A DNA stretch of 59,533 nt, the filler included, from Catajapyx aquilonaris (taxonomy: Eukaryota), in the NCBI GenBank assembly GCA_000934665.2. It is 4 parts of 4 records of this genome, joined end to end, with 100 filler letters (N's around TTAATTAATTAA, not from the genome) between each part and the next. Parts side by side here need not be neighbours in the genome. Positions count along the whole stretch, not along the records: positions 14,897 to 29,690 come from KZ539724.1; positions 29,791 to 44,583 come from JYFJ02007688.1; 2 more parts are not named here. One strand, written 5' to 3'. The notes under the pieces were generated by a model. That model was not told the DNA's origin, did no database searches, and was given only the letters and a program-made list of their open reading frames with translations. This document shows, piece by piece, positions 25,992-38,792 of the stretch (positions are counted from its first letter, which is position 1; the number at the start of each line of letters is the position of its first letter). The translations under genes were made by a program, and so were the position numbers.

Positions 25992-26786
25992 CACAGTGAC
26001 CACTATTAGCTTTCGTTCCGCTGGTGATGGTTGAACACTTATTGCGATTATTTGAGGGTGCCCTTCCAAAAACACTTTTTCTGCTCGCCACTTCTTGGAA
26101 CACTACTGCTTTTTTTCCAAGGGAATATTTTTTCCTCTTCACACCATGTTTCAATTAGACCCACCACCACCATCTCACCATTTTCAGAAAAAAAAACCTC
26201 ACCTCTTCCAGAGCCAACCTCGGGGTCCTCCCCGCCACATTCCATGCACTTATCTTCACCTTATTGACACTTTAATAACTTTTATCACTTTCACTATCCC
26301 CCCCCCCTCCACTATTCAATATAGGACTACTTGACCCTGCACTTCAAGAAGACGGGATTTGGGTGGGGCTCTCTGTGGACGGGCAGATGGATGCACTATA
26401 GGACCACCAGTAACACTCCCGTAGCCTCCTCGTCCTCCCCGACCGCCTCTTGTTCCCGTTCCACGACCACTATATGACCCTGACGAAGGCTCCTCCGTCG
26501 TAAGTAGCATTGGACGATGCACTCGGTCAAACTCCACTTGACCCACGTTCGGATGCAGTTTATATTATGTTGCTAGGACCCTCCTCACTTGCTCAAGATT
26601 CTTCCCAGCTCTCATTATGCCTGTCCGGAATCCAGAATATAACCATATTTGATTGATTGATTTTCCATACCGATCATCCTTACCGCTGATAAACAACTTA
26701 CCCGCTACAAGCTTTCAATTCAATGAGTGTTCAACAGGAAAAATATTACTACACAATTTCATGATTGCTTCCCGGAGTTACAGCCT

Positions 26787-27689
26787 CAAGGGTTGGACAA
26801 AATAATAGGAACACCTGCAAAATGTGGTTGAAACTTTCACGTCTGTGTTATTCAAAAATGGTTACAAAGAGGACTTTACTTAGTTTTGAAGCTCTGTCAA
26901 TGTACATTTTTAGGGATATGCAGATGACACAAAAATCACAAAAGAGGGAGAGAAACAAATATAGGTCCCATTTTTGACCAAAGAGTCCCACCCTTTTAAT
27001 TTGAAAACCAAAACAGTTACGGATATGAGCATTACTGGGTTCTGAAGCTCTATCGATGTCACTCTGTGATATATACAGATGGTCTAATAATCACGCGAGG
27101 GGGTGAGGGGGGGAAAAAAGAGAAATGACATCCCCATCCCCGGCACTGCTTTAAAGAATAGGAGTAATATTTAATTAGAAAACCAAAACAGTTGCAGAAA
27201 TTATCTTTACTTGGTTTTGAAGCTCTATTGATGTTACTTTGGTGTGTACAGATGACTTAAAAATCAATTATTTTGTCCAACCCACGGTATACTCACATGA
27301 TCATATTATTCTTTAAATCAGCCTTCCCCCCCCCCCCCNNNNNNNNNNNNNNNCCCCCCGACCCGCCCCCTCGCGTGATTATTGGTCGATCTGGATATCT
27401 CACGAAGTGACATCGAAAGAGCTTCAAACGCCAGTAAAGTTCACATTCGTAACTGTTATCGTTTTCAAACACCAAGTCAAAAATGGGGTCTGGGTGGGGG
27501 GAGGGGGGTGTCGTTCGTCTTTTGTTTGTCTCCTCCTCTCGTGATTTTTGCGTCATCTGCATACCTCGAATAACTTCCATCGACATAGCTTCAGAATCAG
27601 ATAAAAATTAGTCATCTATGTAACTCGTCCAGTTTTCAAAATAAACACCCGCTTTTTGCAGGTGTTCCTATTATTTTGTCCAACCCATG
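26787..27689. mobile_element. Tc1-like foldback MITE with internal ~150-175-bp subrepeats
   Basis: TIR GGGTTGGACAAAATAATAGGAACACCTGCAAAA at both ends. The TGAAGCTCTATCGATG...CAGATG...AAATCA unit occurs three times on + and twice on -. Confidence 0.75.
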
Positions 27690-28166
27690 TACATCAACAG
27701 TAGCACTGGTATTTGCCTCTGGCTGAGTAGCCAACTTTAGGAGCCTCTGCAGAATTGGTGAAGCCACTCGATAATCAGCAGCCTCTTCCTCGAGAAGATC
27801 AGCAGAGTCCTTCAGGGAAGTACCCACCTCACTGTACAGTTACTTATACAATTAATATATTATTCCAAAAACTAAATACAATTCCATGAAGTTAATTTTT
27901 GGGTAGGAATAGCTGGTGGTGTTTCGAAAAATCCTCCACGTCCAAATCGGGAATTCAAGGTCAACATTGTTTCTTTACCTAATTTCTTCCCCAACAGACA
28001 AAAGTGTATGCAAAATCTGTAGGCCATTTTTTCCCACTCACACAACTAGAAAATTGCCATTATTTTATTCCAAGTAATGCATGAAGAGAAAAAGAAGAAT
28101 GTTGCAAATAATACTTTCCAGTACTGTACCTCGTTCAGCTCCTCAAATTGCCACCTTAATGAAAGA
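27636..28166 (-). CDS. 3' exons of an unidentified gene or pseudogene (28166-28130, 28045-27979, 27831-~27690)
   Basis: Three exon-like blocks with GT/AG sites and 84- and 147-bp introns read LSLRWQFEELNE|LCEWEK(N)GLQILHTLLSVGEEIS|EVGTSLKDSADLLEEEAADYRVASPILQRLLKLATQP. This reading needs one extra A in an A6 run. The last exon is interrupted by a MITE. Confidence 0.45.
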
Positions 28167-29561
28167 CTAGGAAGAACCCTTTACCACTGTGACCTAAATT
28201 GCCATAATCATGCAGAAGTTTACCAATGTTAAAAATAGAGTCATATTTATATGACATGTTGTCACATTCAAGACAGGAAGGGGATGGGGTATACAAACGG
28301 GACCTACAGGTCATATATAGGTCCTTGATGAATCAAGCGCAGTGGACTTAGCGATCATAATTATAATGGCAACTTGCCCCATTCAATTACCAACAAAACA
28401 CAACACACACTTCCTTGACAATGCATCTGCTTTTCAACACACGATGACATACGCTTCAAATCCCGCTTCCTTTCCCCCTGTTGCATCCAAGCCACATCCA
28501 AACCATCAATCAAATAATCCCTCTCCAAAATCAATGAACCAAACCATACACTGCTCATTTAACATTCACAGCAATAATTGAAGGCATGTGAGGAAATAAT
28601 GTCCTGTGAAGAATAAGGACCAAATGAGCAAAATCTATCAACATAGCCGTGACAGCAAGGGTTGTTGTGTCGTGTTGTGTCAAAAACATGTCATTCTGTT
28701 CAGTAAGAGTTATTAGGCCCGACATTTAACATGTCAACCTCCATAAGCACCGGGACCTTTATCCCACCCTTATAGTACGGTTGCTAAAAAAAAAAACTAC
28801 CTATACATTTGGGTAACTCCTATAGTGAAAGCATTTAATAAGGCGCCACCATTATGGCACTGACTTTTTAAAATTAATCACGTTTGCAGAAACCAATGTA
28901 ATAGTCAGTACATGTTTACATAAATCTCATTTAAATTTTACATTTTCTTGGCTGCACATTAGAGCATCTCTCATCTATGATGAGTGGGCATACCAAAACT
29001 TGAGAAAAAATAATTATTTTGTATAGTCATCCACCATGCGTGCGATTCTGAGCACTCCACTCCAGCGGCAAATGGGTTGCGTGTATCTAAAACTTTGGAG
29101 GGGGTGTACACTACAGGGGGGGTTAGCATTTTTCAATTTTAACTAAATACAATTTATTTTGTTCAGCACCATGTGTACCATATTTTGGAAGGGGGTTACC
29201 AATGATAGCCTCGAATTTTTAATATAACACCCCCCTTATTTACAGTCGAGTGGTTAACGTCTTGGCTACAAAATATTGCCGTATATCGTGCCTAAATGTT
29301 TACAAACGATACCGTATTACTGATATCGCGTTTGCTCCTTCGGCATTTAAAATTATATTTCCGCATTGTGTACTTCATTTAGCATTTTTTATCGATCTTT
29401 CCAAAGTAGGACATCTGTAAGTTTCAGCCAAGGTTTCAGCCCCAAGTCGGTAGGTGCTGAATTTCGGTGGAGATTTTTACCAGGCTGCCAGAAAAATGCC
29501 ACACGATGCCACATGTTCGCTCCAGATGTGCTCCAGATAATAATAATAATAATCATCATCA

Positions 29562-29593
<32 letters not shown>

Positions 29594-29595
<2 letters not shown>

Positions 29596-29690
29596 GAAGG
29601 AGGAGGAGATTGTGAAGAAGGTTTATTTGGGTGGAGTAGTTGGTAAGAGGGGCAAGGGTAGGCCTAGGAAGACATGGTTGGACCAGGTGG
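29594..29690 (+). mobile_element. RTE-clade LINE 3' fragment
   Basis: IVKKVYLGGVVGKRGKGRPRKTWLDQV is the typical RTE ORF C-terminus. Confidence 0.7.
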
Positions 29691-29850
29691 NNNNNNNNNN
29701 NNNNNNNNNNNNNNNNNNNNNNNNNNNNNNNNNNTTAATTAATTAANNNNNNNNNNNNNNNNNNNNNNNNNNNNNNNNNNNNNNNNNNNNGAGATGACTA
29801 GGTTATGACCTGGTCCATCACTGGCTACCCCAGTAAAGGACAATACCATG

Positions 29851-30275
29851 ATGTATGGCCATACACACTCTACTGTACAGTGTTGGAGATAAATCGAGAC
29901 ATACTGCTAGCAACAGTTTCTGAAGCGGCAGAAGAAGGAATCTTGCTCGCCCGGCTTGCAGTATCCTTCGATTCCTTCTTCTGCCGCTTCAGAAACTGTT
30001 GCTAGCAGTATGCCTCGATTTATGTCCAACGCTGTACTGTATTTACAATGTATGGCCATACACACTCAAGTGTACTGTAATGTACGGAAAACGAGAGAAC
30101 GATCTGACATCATTGTTTCTTCCATTGTTGCTTTTTGTTGAAACTGTTTACTCACATTGTACTGCGAGGGTATTTACACGGAGACCTTGATGACGTCAGA
30201 TCGTTCACTCATTTTTCCGTACATTATTTACAATTACAATGTATGGTCATACACACTCTACTGTTCTGTATTAAC
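29851..30275. repeat. Three ~38-bp direct repeats (palindromic core TGTATGGCCATACA) separated by two different hairpin elements (29878-30034, 30080-30224)
   Basis: ATGTATGG(C/T)CATACACACTC at 29851, 30048 and 30239. Each intervening segment has its own inverted arms and TA flanks. Confidence 0.8.
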
Positions 30276-30460
30276 AATTTAACTACAGCAAAACAAAACA
30301 AATGCATCGTTTCTGTAGTGGGATGGCCGGATAGGAGTTGGATATTCGGTGTTCTACTGTACATTACTTTAGAGGTAATTGCTCGGGTAATTGTGTTTGT
30401 TGATGTCATGTGCATAATTCGAACACTTTGCAAAGGATGCTTATTATTACCCCACAGCTC

Positions 30461-30574
30461 AAGGGGGTAACCACTTCGGTGTACACCTGCGAGTGGTACT
30501 CCCAGGTACCTCACTCTTTATTACTCTTTGGTACTCCAGTGTACACTTCTCAGTCGAGTGATTACCCCCCCTTG
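30461..30574. mobile_element. Short MITE-like inverted repeat
   Basis: AAGGGGGTAACCACT...AGTGATTACCCCCCCTT with inner GTGTACAC symmetry. Confidence 0.5.
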
Positions 30575-31488
30575 CCACAGCTTAATTTGGTTGCTTAGAA
30601 ATTGACCACCTGATGCTGAGGAATTCCATTATGAAGCTAAGAACACCGGTTCCATATTGTTTCGAACAGGCCCCCAGTTCAACAGCGGCAGTGTAAATGA
30701 CCCCCCCTCGAATACTCTTTGACCTGTTGTGACATGTGCATCATCATCATCAGCCTGTGGAATGCCAATTATAATATCTACCTGTTCTCCATCCTGTCCC
30801 CGTCACCAGCACCTTCCTCCTCCGGACAAGTGTGGGGGCCCACATCACCCTAGGGACAACCACTGGAATAAGTGACATGGAATATACGTGATGTTCCTTG
30901 GCTGGTGATGCGATCGGGTGATATTCCAGAACGAACCGAACGGGACCGCACCTTCGACTGAACACCAATCACAACGCGAGGGAAAGACATCGTACGATTC
31001 CTCGATCGACCAATCAGGGAGAGGCACGGATGGGAGCGTTCGTACCCACGCCCACAGGAACAGATTACAGATGGCAGCACTCGCAACGCTGCCATCAAAC
31101 GGCGGGAATTTACAAAAAAAATATACAAAAAAAAAAACATGAAAAGGGAATTGTAAAATGACACAACACATGTTCTCAAAGTGTGCAAATAAGCAGTACA
31201 TTTTACTGACATGATCATTCAATGTCCACAACTAGTCAAGTACACTGCTAACCTGACGCACCAACAAAAACCGGAATAAAAAAAAAGTCCACAAAATCTA
31301 CGAACGGATAACTTGCATAACAAATTAATTGTTGAAAATACAAAATAATAAGTCCACACAGTTATTAACGACACACACACACACACACGAATCAGGATTC
31401 CCCCGCAAAAATAATATATATACACATGTATCCATGTGAAGCTGCCATTTGGTACTATCGGACTGTTCATATGATCTGCAAACATGAT

Positions 31489-34400
31489 TCACAGCAGGGT
31501 CATGAATATGGGCCTGTCGCGTATGGTCGCCTCCTGCAGATCGTCGAACGCTCTACTTGCATCAGCCGGCGTTGGAAATGCGACCCTCGCGTCTCCGGTG
31601 GCCTGACCTCTCTCGTTGTATCTGCGGATGACATTCTCGCGAGTCACGTTGTACCCCGCAAAGAACTCCATTATCTCCTCAACGCCGGCTTTGTACGGGA
31701 CGTTCTCGAGGGCGATGACGCACCCTAGTTTACCGAAACCTTCCACCATTGGGAGCCCATTGTCTGCGCTGGAACGGGAAAAAAGCACTACATGAATGCA
31801 GGTTATGAATTCTTAGGTGTCACCCGACCTGTCCACTTACTTCTGCGAGCCTGGTGGTCCGCTAGGTGGGCCGGAATTAGGTACTCGCGGTAAGGGTACT
31901 GAACCCGCTCCCATTGGCGGCATGGGCGGACCGGTCATGGGCATGGGGGCTCCCATCATCGGTGGCATCATCGAACTTCCCATCATGGGTCCTGGACCCA
32001 ATCCTCGGGGACCACCCATCGGAATGTGCATTGGCGAGTTACCCAAAAGGCCTCTCCGCCCGCCGTTCATAGACTGCATCATGCCAGGTGGCCTCATCAT
32101 TGGCGGGGCTCCCGGCTGGGATGACGACTGCGGACCACCCCGTCCACCTCCTGCTCCTCCAACCCCCAGAGCTTGAAGCATGTCGTGACGTGAAACGGCC
32201 TTGACGGAAATGACGTGCTTCCCTAGGTGGGTCCTGTCTTTCCCTAGCGACGTTGCTTGCTCTTCCGAGTTGGCAAACTCACAGAATGCATCGCCTGAGG
32301 GGTTGCCATATCGGTCCAGCATGACATGGATACGAACCGGAATCAACCCGACGTCAGAGAAAAAGTCAAGTATGTCCCGATCCGATGCGCTCAAGGGCAA
32401 GCCCTTCATTAGCACACAGTCTGACGGAGGAGACTCGGTGCTGTGCTGTTTCTGAGCGGGCTTCTCGTCCTCTTTTTTATTGTCAGACGACTTCCTCTCC
32501 ATATCCTGCTTAGCCTTCTTCAGAGCATCGACAGCACAAGGCTTGAGTCCAATTATCTTGTGACCCATCACGCTGCTGTTGCGATCGGCCAGCGCCCTTT
32601 TCGCATCTTCGTGAGTGCTGAACTGGACGTACCCAGTGCCAGTGAGTTTCTTAGAGTCGTCAATCTCCAGAACAATGTCTTTTATGGGTATTCCTGTAAA
32701 TAAAAGTAGGTAGCATATCATTATTAATTGTTCATGTGCCTGAAACATGTACTGTACTATCTGTACCATACCTTGAAAGATTCCTTCAACATCCTGGTGC
32801 TTGGCATAGGTCGGCAATCCTTGAAGCACCAAGCAAGTGAACTCACTACTCCGGTCATCGAACACGGCGCGGCGCGACCCAGACTTGTCGGAGTGCGGCG
32901 CATTGCGGCCCCCTTCATCCGCCTCCTCGTACACAGAGTCCTCGACATGCTCTAGGTCCAACACACAGTCACGTGTCCTCGTGCCGTTGAGCTCTAACGC
33001 TTGCCTCTTGTCCTCCAGGCGTGCAAACTGGATGTATGCCATCCCAGAGTGGGGCGCCCCTCCTTGCACACCTCCACCCAACTTAATCCCAGATATGGTG
33101 ATCCGATAGCTCCTGAACATCTCCCGAATCTCCCTGTACTTGTATTCAAATGGGACGTTCCGCATGACAATGCAGGCTCCAGGACATGCAGGCCGATCGC
33201 GGTAGTTCCTGTTGTTTCCGCCAGGCTGCGGACCTTCCCAGTCCTCTTCAGGTCTGCTGAATCGGTTCCGCCTGTACCCACCTCGGCCAGGTGCTCCCTC
33301 GTAGTACGATGGGTCCTCCTCTCGCTGCATACCATAGCGGTTAGACGGATACGGCTCTCTTCCGTACGCAGGATCTCCTCCAGCACCCAGTTCGTCATCC
33401 ACTTCAACATCCCACACACGAGGTTCCCCGCCATGAAAGTTGGGCATCGCCTCGCCAGACTGAGGACCCATCATTCGCCGTGGTGGCATGTTCTGCTGCT
33501 GGTTAACATGCCCTCCCGCTGGTCCGCCCCCAATCCATGGGCTAGGCCTGTTGTGGAGAGGAAGAAAAACAGGTAGTGAAACCTCTCTCAAGTGGACAAA
33601 TGGTTGTGTAACGATGCCTTAAGAGTGCCAAACTTATCTCACCTGGCGTTGAATCTGCCTGGTCCGGGTCTTTCTCCTACGCCATTGTTGAGGCCTGGAT
33701 TGATGGGCCCGTCTGGAACAGCTGCGTTGTTCCCAGGGTGATCCTTTGCTGATTCAATTTCCAGGGATCCCTTCCTGCTGCTCCTGTCCTTCCGAACGTC
33801 CCTGTCCCGCTCCCGCTCCCTGGACCGGCTGCGGTCCCTCCTCCTCCTTTCCCTGCTTCTGCTCCTGCTGCGGCTCCTCTCCCTGCGCCCACCCCTCCGG
33901 TCTCGGTCCCTGCGCCCATCTCGGTCCCTGTCTCGCCTCCCACGATCCCGGGACCTTGAACGGTCGCGGTCCCTTCCCCGGTCGTCCTTCTTGGAATTGT
34001 TGCTGTTGCTGTCAGCCTCGCCACGTTTCTCGGAGCTGTTCGAACGCATCTGCTGCTGCTGCTGCTGTTGGAGTTGCTGGGACAATTGGTGGACCAACCC
34101 GACTCCTGGCATCATACCCATCCCTTGGTTTGGCATCCCTCCCATGTCAGATGGCGATGCTGGCGTAAGCCCCTGGGAGCTGCCTGGCATCATCCCACCA
34201 GGGGGAACCATCCCCTGCTGGTGATGGTGCATCATGGCCATCTGAGGTGAGCTCTGCTGCGGTGGGGCTGGCGGTTGAGGCAGATCCACCGGAGTGGGCA
34301 TCATGCTCTGCTGGAGAGCCAGGGTCTGTTGGCGAGCCTGCTCAATCACCTTCTGCATCTCCGCACGTGACGACAGCAACAGGCGGAGACGAATCTCTTT

Positions 34401-35731
34401 TATCTTGCCTCCATCCAACATCATGGCTTGGCGGGCATCCTCATCAGTACTAGGTGCAAAACAATACAGTTGTCATTGCTTTACTCCACACAATTACATG
34501 AGTGCATGTTCATGATTTTCATCTGTCAATGTCAAAATCAAGCAGTCACGAAATTCTTGTTCTAACTTGTTCTTCTGGTAGAACCTGACTCATAGTCATA
34601 AATATAATCATATTTTTAAAATGATTTCTGCATTGAGCCCAGTTTATATTTCGCTTTGAAGTAGGTTTCAATCATAAATGCATTTCCTAAATGTCAGGTC
34701 AAAAATCAGTTTCAGAATCAGGTCTGGCATCATCAGACCAATAATAATATCAAAACAATTATGTTCAATATCGTTTTTGTAATGTCCAGTAATGTGACCC
34801 TGCAAACGATGAAGTGATTTTGGGCTTATCCTTTTTTACCTTGGCTTCTCAAGTGATGATGCCGAACAAGCAAAACTGTACCGTACCATTCACATGTTCA
34901 TTAGCCAGCTTTACCGCATGTTATATCCAATTTAACAGGGAATGTATGTCCCAGTACAGAAAATAAGGCCAAATAATGTGTAGTGTGTCCTAATTGAATT
35001 GTTCATTTCCGTTACGAATTTAATCACCTTATTAAAATGCAGTTTCTTTTATAGATGTCAAAAATATTAGCTAGTTTGCATGAATACAGCCTAATTTTTA
35101 ATACTTGGAAGCTCTAACCTTCTTTTTCAAAAGTGATTCAACAGTTGACCTTGAAAAATTGCCAATTAGCAACATTTCAATTGAAATCAATACCTAAGCA
35201 GACGCGATCATTAAGATCATTAACGAGGCGCAAAAAAAATCGCGATCTGAACAATGTACACACCTTACTATTGTTGTTGTCGTTTTGATTAATGGCAATG
35301 ACACATTATCAGATCACGAAACGTGTGCGAATGGCACTATTATTAACTCAAGGCCAGCTGTTTTTCGATGATGTAACCATTTCTCATCGCGATTTCCGCA
35401 ATTTTCTGCAATTAAAAAAAAAAATGTGCGTAGCTTGAACTTGGGACCTCTTTTCTCCCCTCCCCCCCCCCTGTCGCAAGAAAAGACGTGTCTTTCAGTA
35501 CATCATAGTCCGGTCGCAGGTTGTGTAGTACACAGTGGTGGTGTGGTGAGGAATAAATATTGATAGACTTTGTTGGCTGGCAATGTACCTGAAGGCGATG
35601 AAGGCGTCTCCAAGCTCTCCTCCGACAATATGGACGCCTCCTTCTGGTATGCCCAGTCCTCGGAAGTACTGTCGTATGTCCAGGGCGTTGGCCGACCACG
35701 GCAGGTTCTGAAGACGGATGATCACGCTCAT
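31489..35731 (-). CDS. RBM12: RNA-binding protein 12-like (RBM12/SWAN family), 5 coding exons: 35731-35589, 34449-33643, 33547-32772, 32693-31841, 31768-31489; 952 aa
   Basis: N-terminus MSVIIRLQNLPWSANALDIRQYFRGLGIPEGGVHIVGGELGDAFIAFSTDEDARQAM...LLLSSRAEMQKVIE is the RBM12 RRM1 signature. Four more RRMs follow, plus Q/M/P-rich and RS/RD-rich linkers. All four introns are GT..AG with consistent phases (2,2,1,2); exons sum to 2859 nt and end in TGA. Confidence 0.93.
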
Positions 35732-37090
35732 TTTCGGCGCCGACGACGACGGATCCTGTGGAACGGATCCAAAGGAGCCTGTTGAATTGTTCTGAGTTCC
35801 AGACTTACGGCTAACAATCACACCACACTCCTGGAGTATCCAGGACATGGCAATGCGGCATGATTTTGTATGGTTCATGATGTGTGTAGGCAGCAGGTTT
35901 TCATCTGGTAAGGTGTCAAGCATGATGCTGTACTGGCATTGGTACGCATATAAAAGTGTGTATAGCACATTATATTTCAGGACATCAGGAGGCACAAGAC
36001 CTCGTAAGAGATAATTACACCAAGAATGTGTGCCGTCAACCGAAAGTGACAACAATAGCGACATTTTATGCATAGCCGGAGAGCCATCTAGAGTGATGTC
36101 TTGTTACTATACGCGAATAGATTCGGAGAATTACTATCTAAACAACGCAAACGGGGTCATTTCCTCTCTAGCACGTCGAACCCTCTCTGACTGATTACTA
36201 AGAACCACGCTTCCCGACAGCAGCAAGTAATGAGACTGCACAATTATGGTATGCGCACGATGTCTATAGTGCATCGGAAGAGACGCCTATCGATTAATTT
36301 GCATGGAATTCCTCCAGCAAGGCCATCAAGGTAGTGCTATAATGGAAATGCGAATACACTGCAAGTGCTGTTGCTTCATATAGCTGCTGTGTATTTTTAT
36401 TTTTTAAAGCAAACTACTCGTATGTACAGTATACGTATCCTTGAGTCAGTACAGCAGTTATGGGGCAAGTTAATCGTTAACATAAAAAATGTTGAGACGA
36501 AAGCAGCAGAGTCGAGAGCATAGCCTTTGAGCTGGTTTCCGACTGTCCAATTGATCCCATCACCTATTCATGATGGATCTTTGCTGATCGGCATTTCCTT
36601 CGAGAGGTGAAGATGGACAGGAGGAGTTCAAAGGGAACTATTTTTTTAAAAACCGTGGAAGTTTTTTTATTTTATTTTTAAAGAGTCACCCTGCAAAGGA
36701 CAGAGTTGCCCATGACCGCCTATATCAAATTACATGATGCAATATTCGCGTATGACGGATGCTTCAGCGAATATTTTAAATGCAAATTTGGACCTGTTCC
36801 AAGATTTTTAAAATGTCAAATATTTCTCCTGGCGTTTGAATGTACATTGCCAAACCAATTTAGAACAGTTCTAACATCATTCAGTGATTTTTTAACGTCA
36901 TTAATCGGTTGGTCACACAAAGACGGTAATTAAATTCATCCAAGGTGCAGTACATGCAAGAGCGTGCATTGCATCTAGTGTGCTTGGCATTGTCGAATTT
37001 GAGCATTGCCCTGTAAATGTTTGTGGCAATGTTATCATGCCAAATTCGACCTGCAGGATGAAGCATGAACTTATTCTTTACTACAACTTA

Positions 37091-37415
37091 GGGGTCGTGC
37101 AAATACCACGTCACAGTTTTGGGGGGAGGGGCGGGAGCGGCGACAGTTCACGAGGTATCTCTGAACACGCTGAATGGGCACATATGGGAGCTTTTACAGG
37201 TGAACATAGGTTCAAAATAACCTAAAATTCGAAATTAGCGACCCCGAAAACATGGGGAGACATGTTTTTTACGTGCTTAAACGGTTTAGTTGAGGAGCTA
37301 TCATTTTCGATAGCGGTTTTTTTCTGATAACATAGTTGACATTTTAAAAAACCACGTGAAAAGGGGGGTGTCAAAAAGTGGCCTAAAATCGGCCACGTGG
37401 TATTTGCACGACCCC
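37091..37415. mobile_element. MITE with TTA TSD (Zator or PIF/Harbinger type)
   Basis: TIR GGGGTCGTGCAAATACCACGT at both ends; TTA at 37088-90 and 37416-18. Confidence 0.8.
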
Positions 37416-38239
37416 TTAACAATGTTGTTGTTTGTGCGTGCATTCCAACGAATCTAGGTTCACTTCATCTCATTGGATCATATAGTCATCATATACCTTT
37501 TCGGGCATCGCTTTTGCGCATTTTCTTCGAAAGTGATTAATAGATCAATAACCTTCGGACCATAGCGTCGGACCAAGAAACCTGTTCATTGTGCCTCGTA
37601 TTCAATGTTTCGTTTGATTCATAATAGGGGTGCATTAGTACCCTTATTCGCTGCAATTCTCATTACAGCACCCGAAATGAGTCAGTGAAAAAGCAATATT
37701 TTGTCACGTAGTTTGAGTGCGGGTAGGGGCATATCGGGAGCTGCTGGGCAGGTGAAAGGTAACTCTCAAGTACACCAGATGTGATCTGGCATGTATCAGG
37801 TATATACCATGAGGCAAAGAGTGCTTTTCAAGAACTGTAATGAGGCCGACTTTTTACTGTATAATGGAACATATTTATTAGGGATATGTTTTGAATACCA
37901 AGTGTGCCCATAAATACACATAAGAGTATAGCCAGTGTTTCAATCTGATTACTTGCATGATTAATTTAAAAAGAAAAAACTATTGTACGATATTTTGTGC
38001 TTCATAAATGTGCTCGGGTGTGACCACCTGCTTGTCCCAATTTTAAAGAGTAACGTCAGATCGAAAATGTGTTTCACACAAGACCCGAAAATCGTTGGGA
38101 ATGCGTCCCAGTGGAGTCATTATCTCATTTATTTACATTCTTGGCGTGCATGCCCCATCCAGTGAAACGATCGGGCAGTTATTTTCTTTTTTATCTGCGC
38201 AGAATAATTCAAGAGCATCGGCTTCAATGTGAGTACTGT

Positions 38240-38480
38240 ACAATATCAGTGGCTATTGACCTCAATCAGTCCTGAGAAGTTGGTCATCTCCAGGTCTCCA
38301 GGGAATATGTTTTTCCCTATTGTCAGTCGATCATTGGTATGTGAAGCAAACGATGCGATGAAAAGGGTGACCAATGTTGGTTGTGTAGTATCCTGGAGGT
38401 CAGCAGTCGGTTGAAGAGTCTAATCAGCGGACATTGGTCGTGAATGATTCCTCACTGCAGATATTCCACATTTTTCTCAG
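38240..38480 (-). mobile_element. hAT transposase C-terminal dimerisation-domain remnant
   Basis: Frameshifted pieces CPLIRLFNRLL / TTQPT / FSSHRLLH / RLTIGKN / IEVN resemble P.T..T.ERSFS.L..L.TYLR.T. Confidence 0.4.
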
Positions 38481-38792
38481 AAACTAAGATAAAATGAATA
38501 ACGCTGGGCTCGTTATCTTCTCGTCGACAACAGCTGGCATCGCATGTATCTGTCTTAATGCTGACAATTCCAGGGAATGAATCCCACTGTCTGCCTCAAA
38601 TTGAGATCTCCATGTCTGGGTTTCAATATCCAAACTTGGTGATCCTCCAGATATGTTTATTTTGTTTCAAAAATGTGGGCATTTCGTCACCATCTTATCC
38701 AGCAATGTAAAAAATAAATAATAATGAATCACTCCTGGGACTCTATGCTACGATTGAGGTCAGGCAGAACAAAAGACTGTGAGAGGATAATA

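Larger units (their letters stand above)
22322..26700 (-). mobile_element. Decayed near-full-length non-LTR retrotransposon (RTE-X-like) with nested insertions
   Basis: Endonuclease motifs WNVAG, VGLIETW, GDFNAR. RT motifs NYRPIALLN, DSKQAFDSV, QGEPLSPVLF, LQFADD, YKYLG. RTE-X-type LFDAQV...IW...IERVQ...VRLETGR. An RGG-rich ORF1 tail lies at 26316-26546. Many frameshifts. Confidence 0.85.

Noticed and set aside
29594..29850. One RTE element continuing across the linker
   Set aside because: Contigs commonly end in abundant repeats, so continuity across an artificial linker cannot be inferred.
29851..30275. True CRISPR array
   Set aside because: Eukaryotic context, no cas genes, only three repeats, and the spacers are ~150-bp hairpins with TA duplications.
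31426..34515. Plus-strand and alternate-frame ORFs overlapping RBM12 (up to 191 aa)
   Set aside because: Shadow ORFs of GC-rich, low-complexity coding sequence with no recognisable motifs.
9990..35731. A linked antiviral/RNA-processing system made of EVE, NXF-like gene and RBM12
   Set aside because: The three parts lie on different contigs separated by artificial linkers; there is no evidence of physical linkage.
35732..36073. 114-aa in-frame N-terminal extension of RBM12
   Set aside because: RBM12 homologues start at MSVIIRL. A good acceptor (TTCCACAG at 35756) and a GTAAGT donor (35808) suggest a 5' UTR intron instead.
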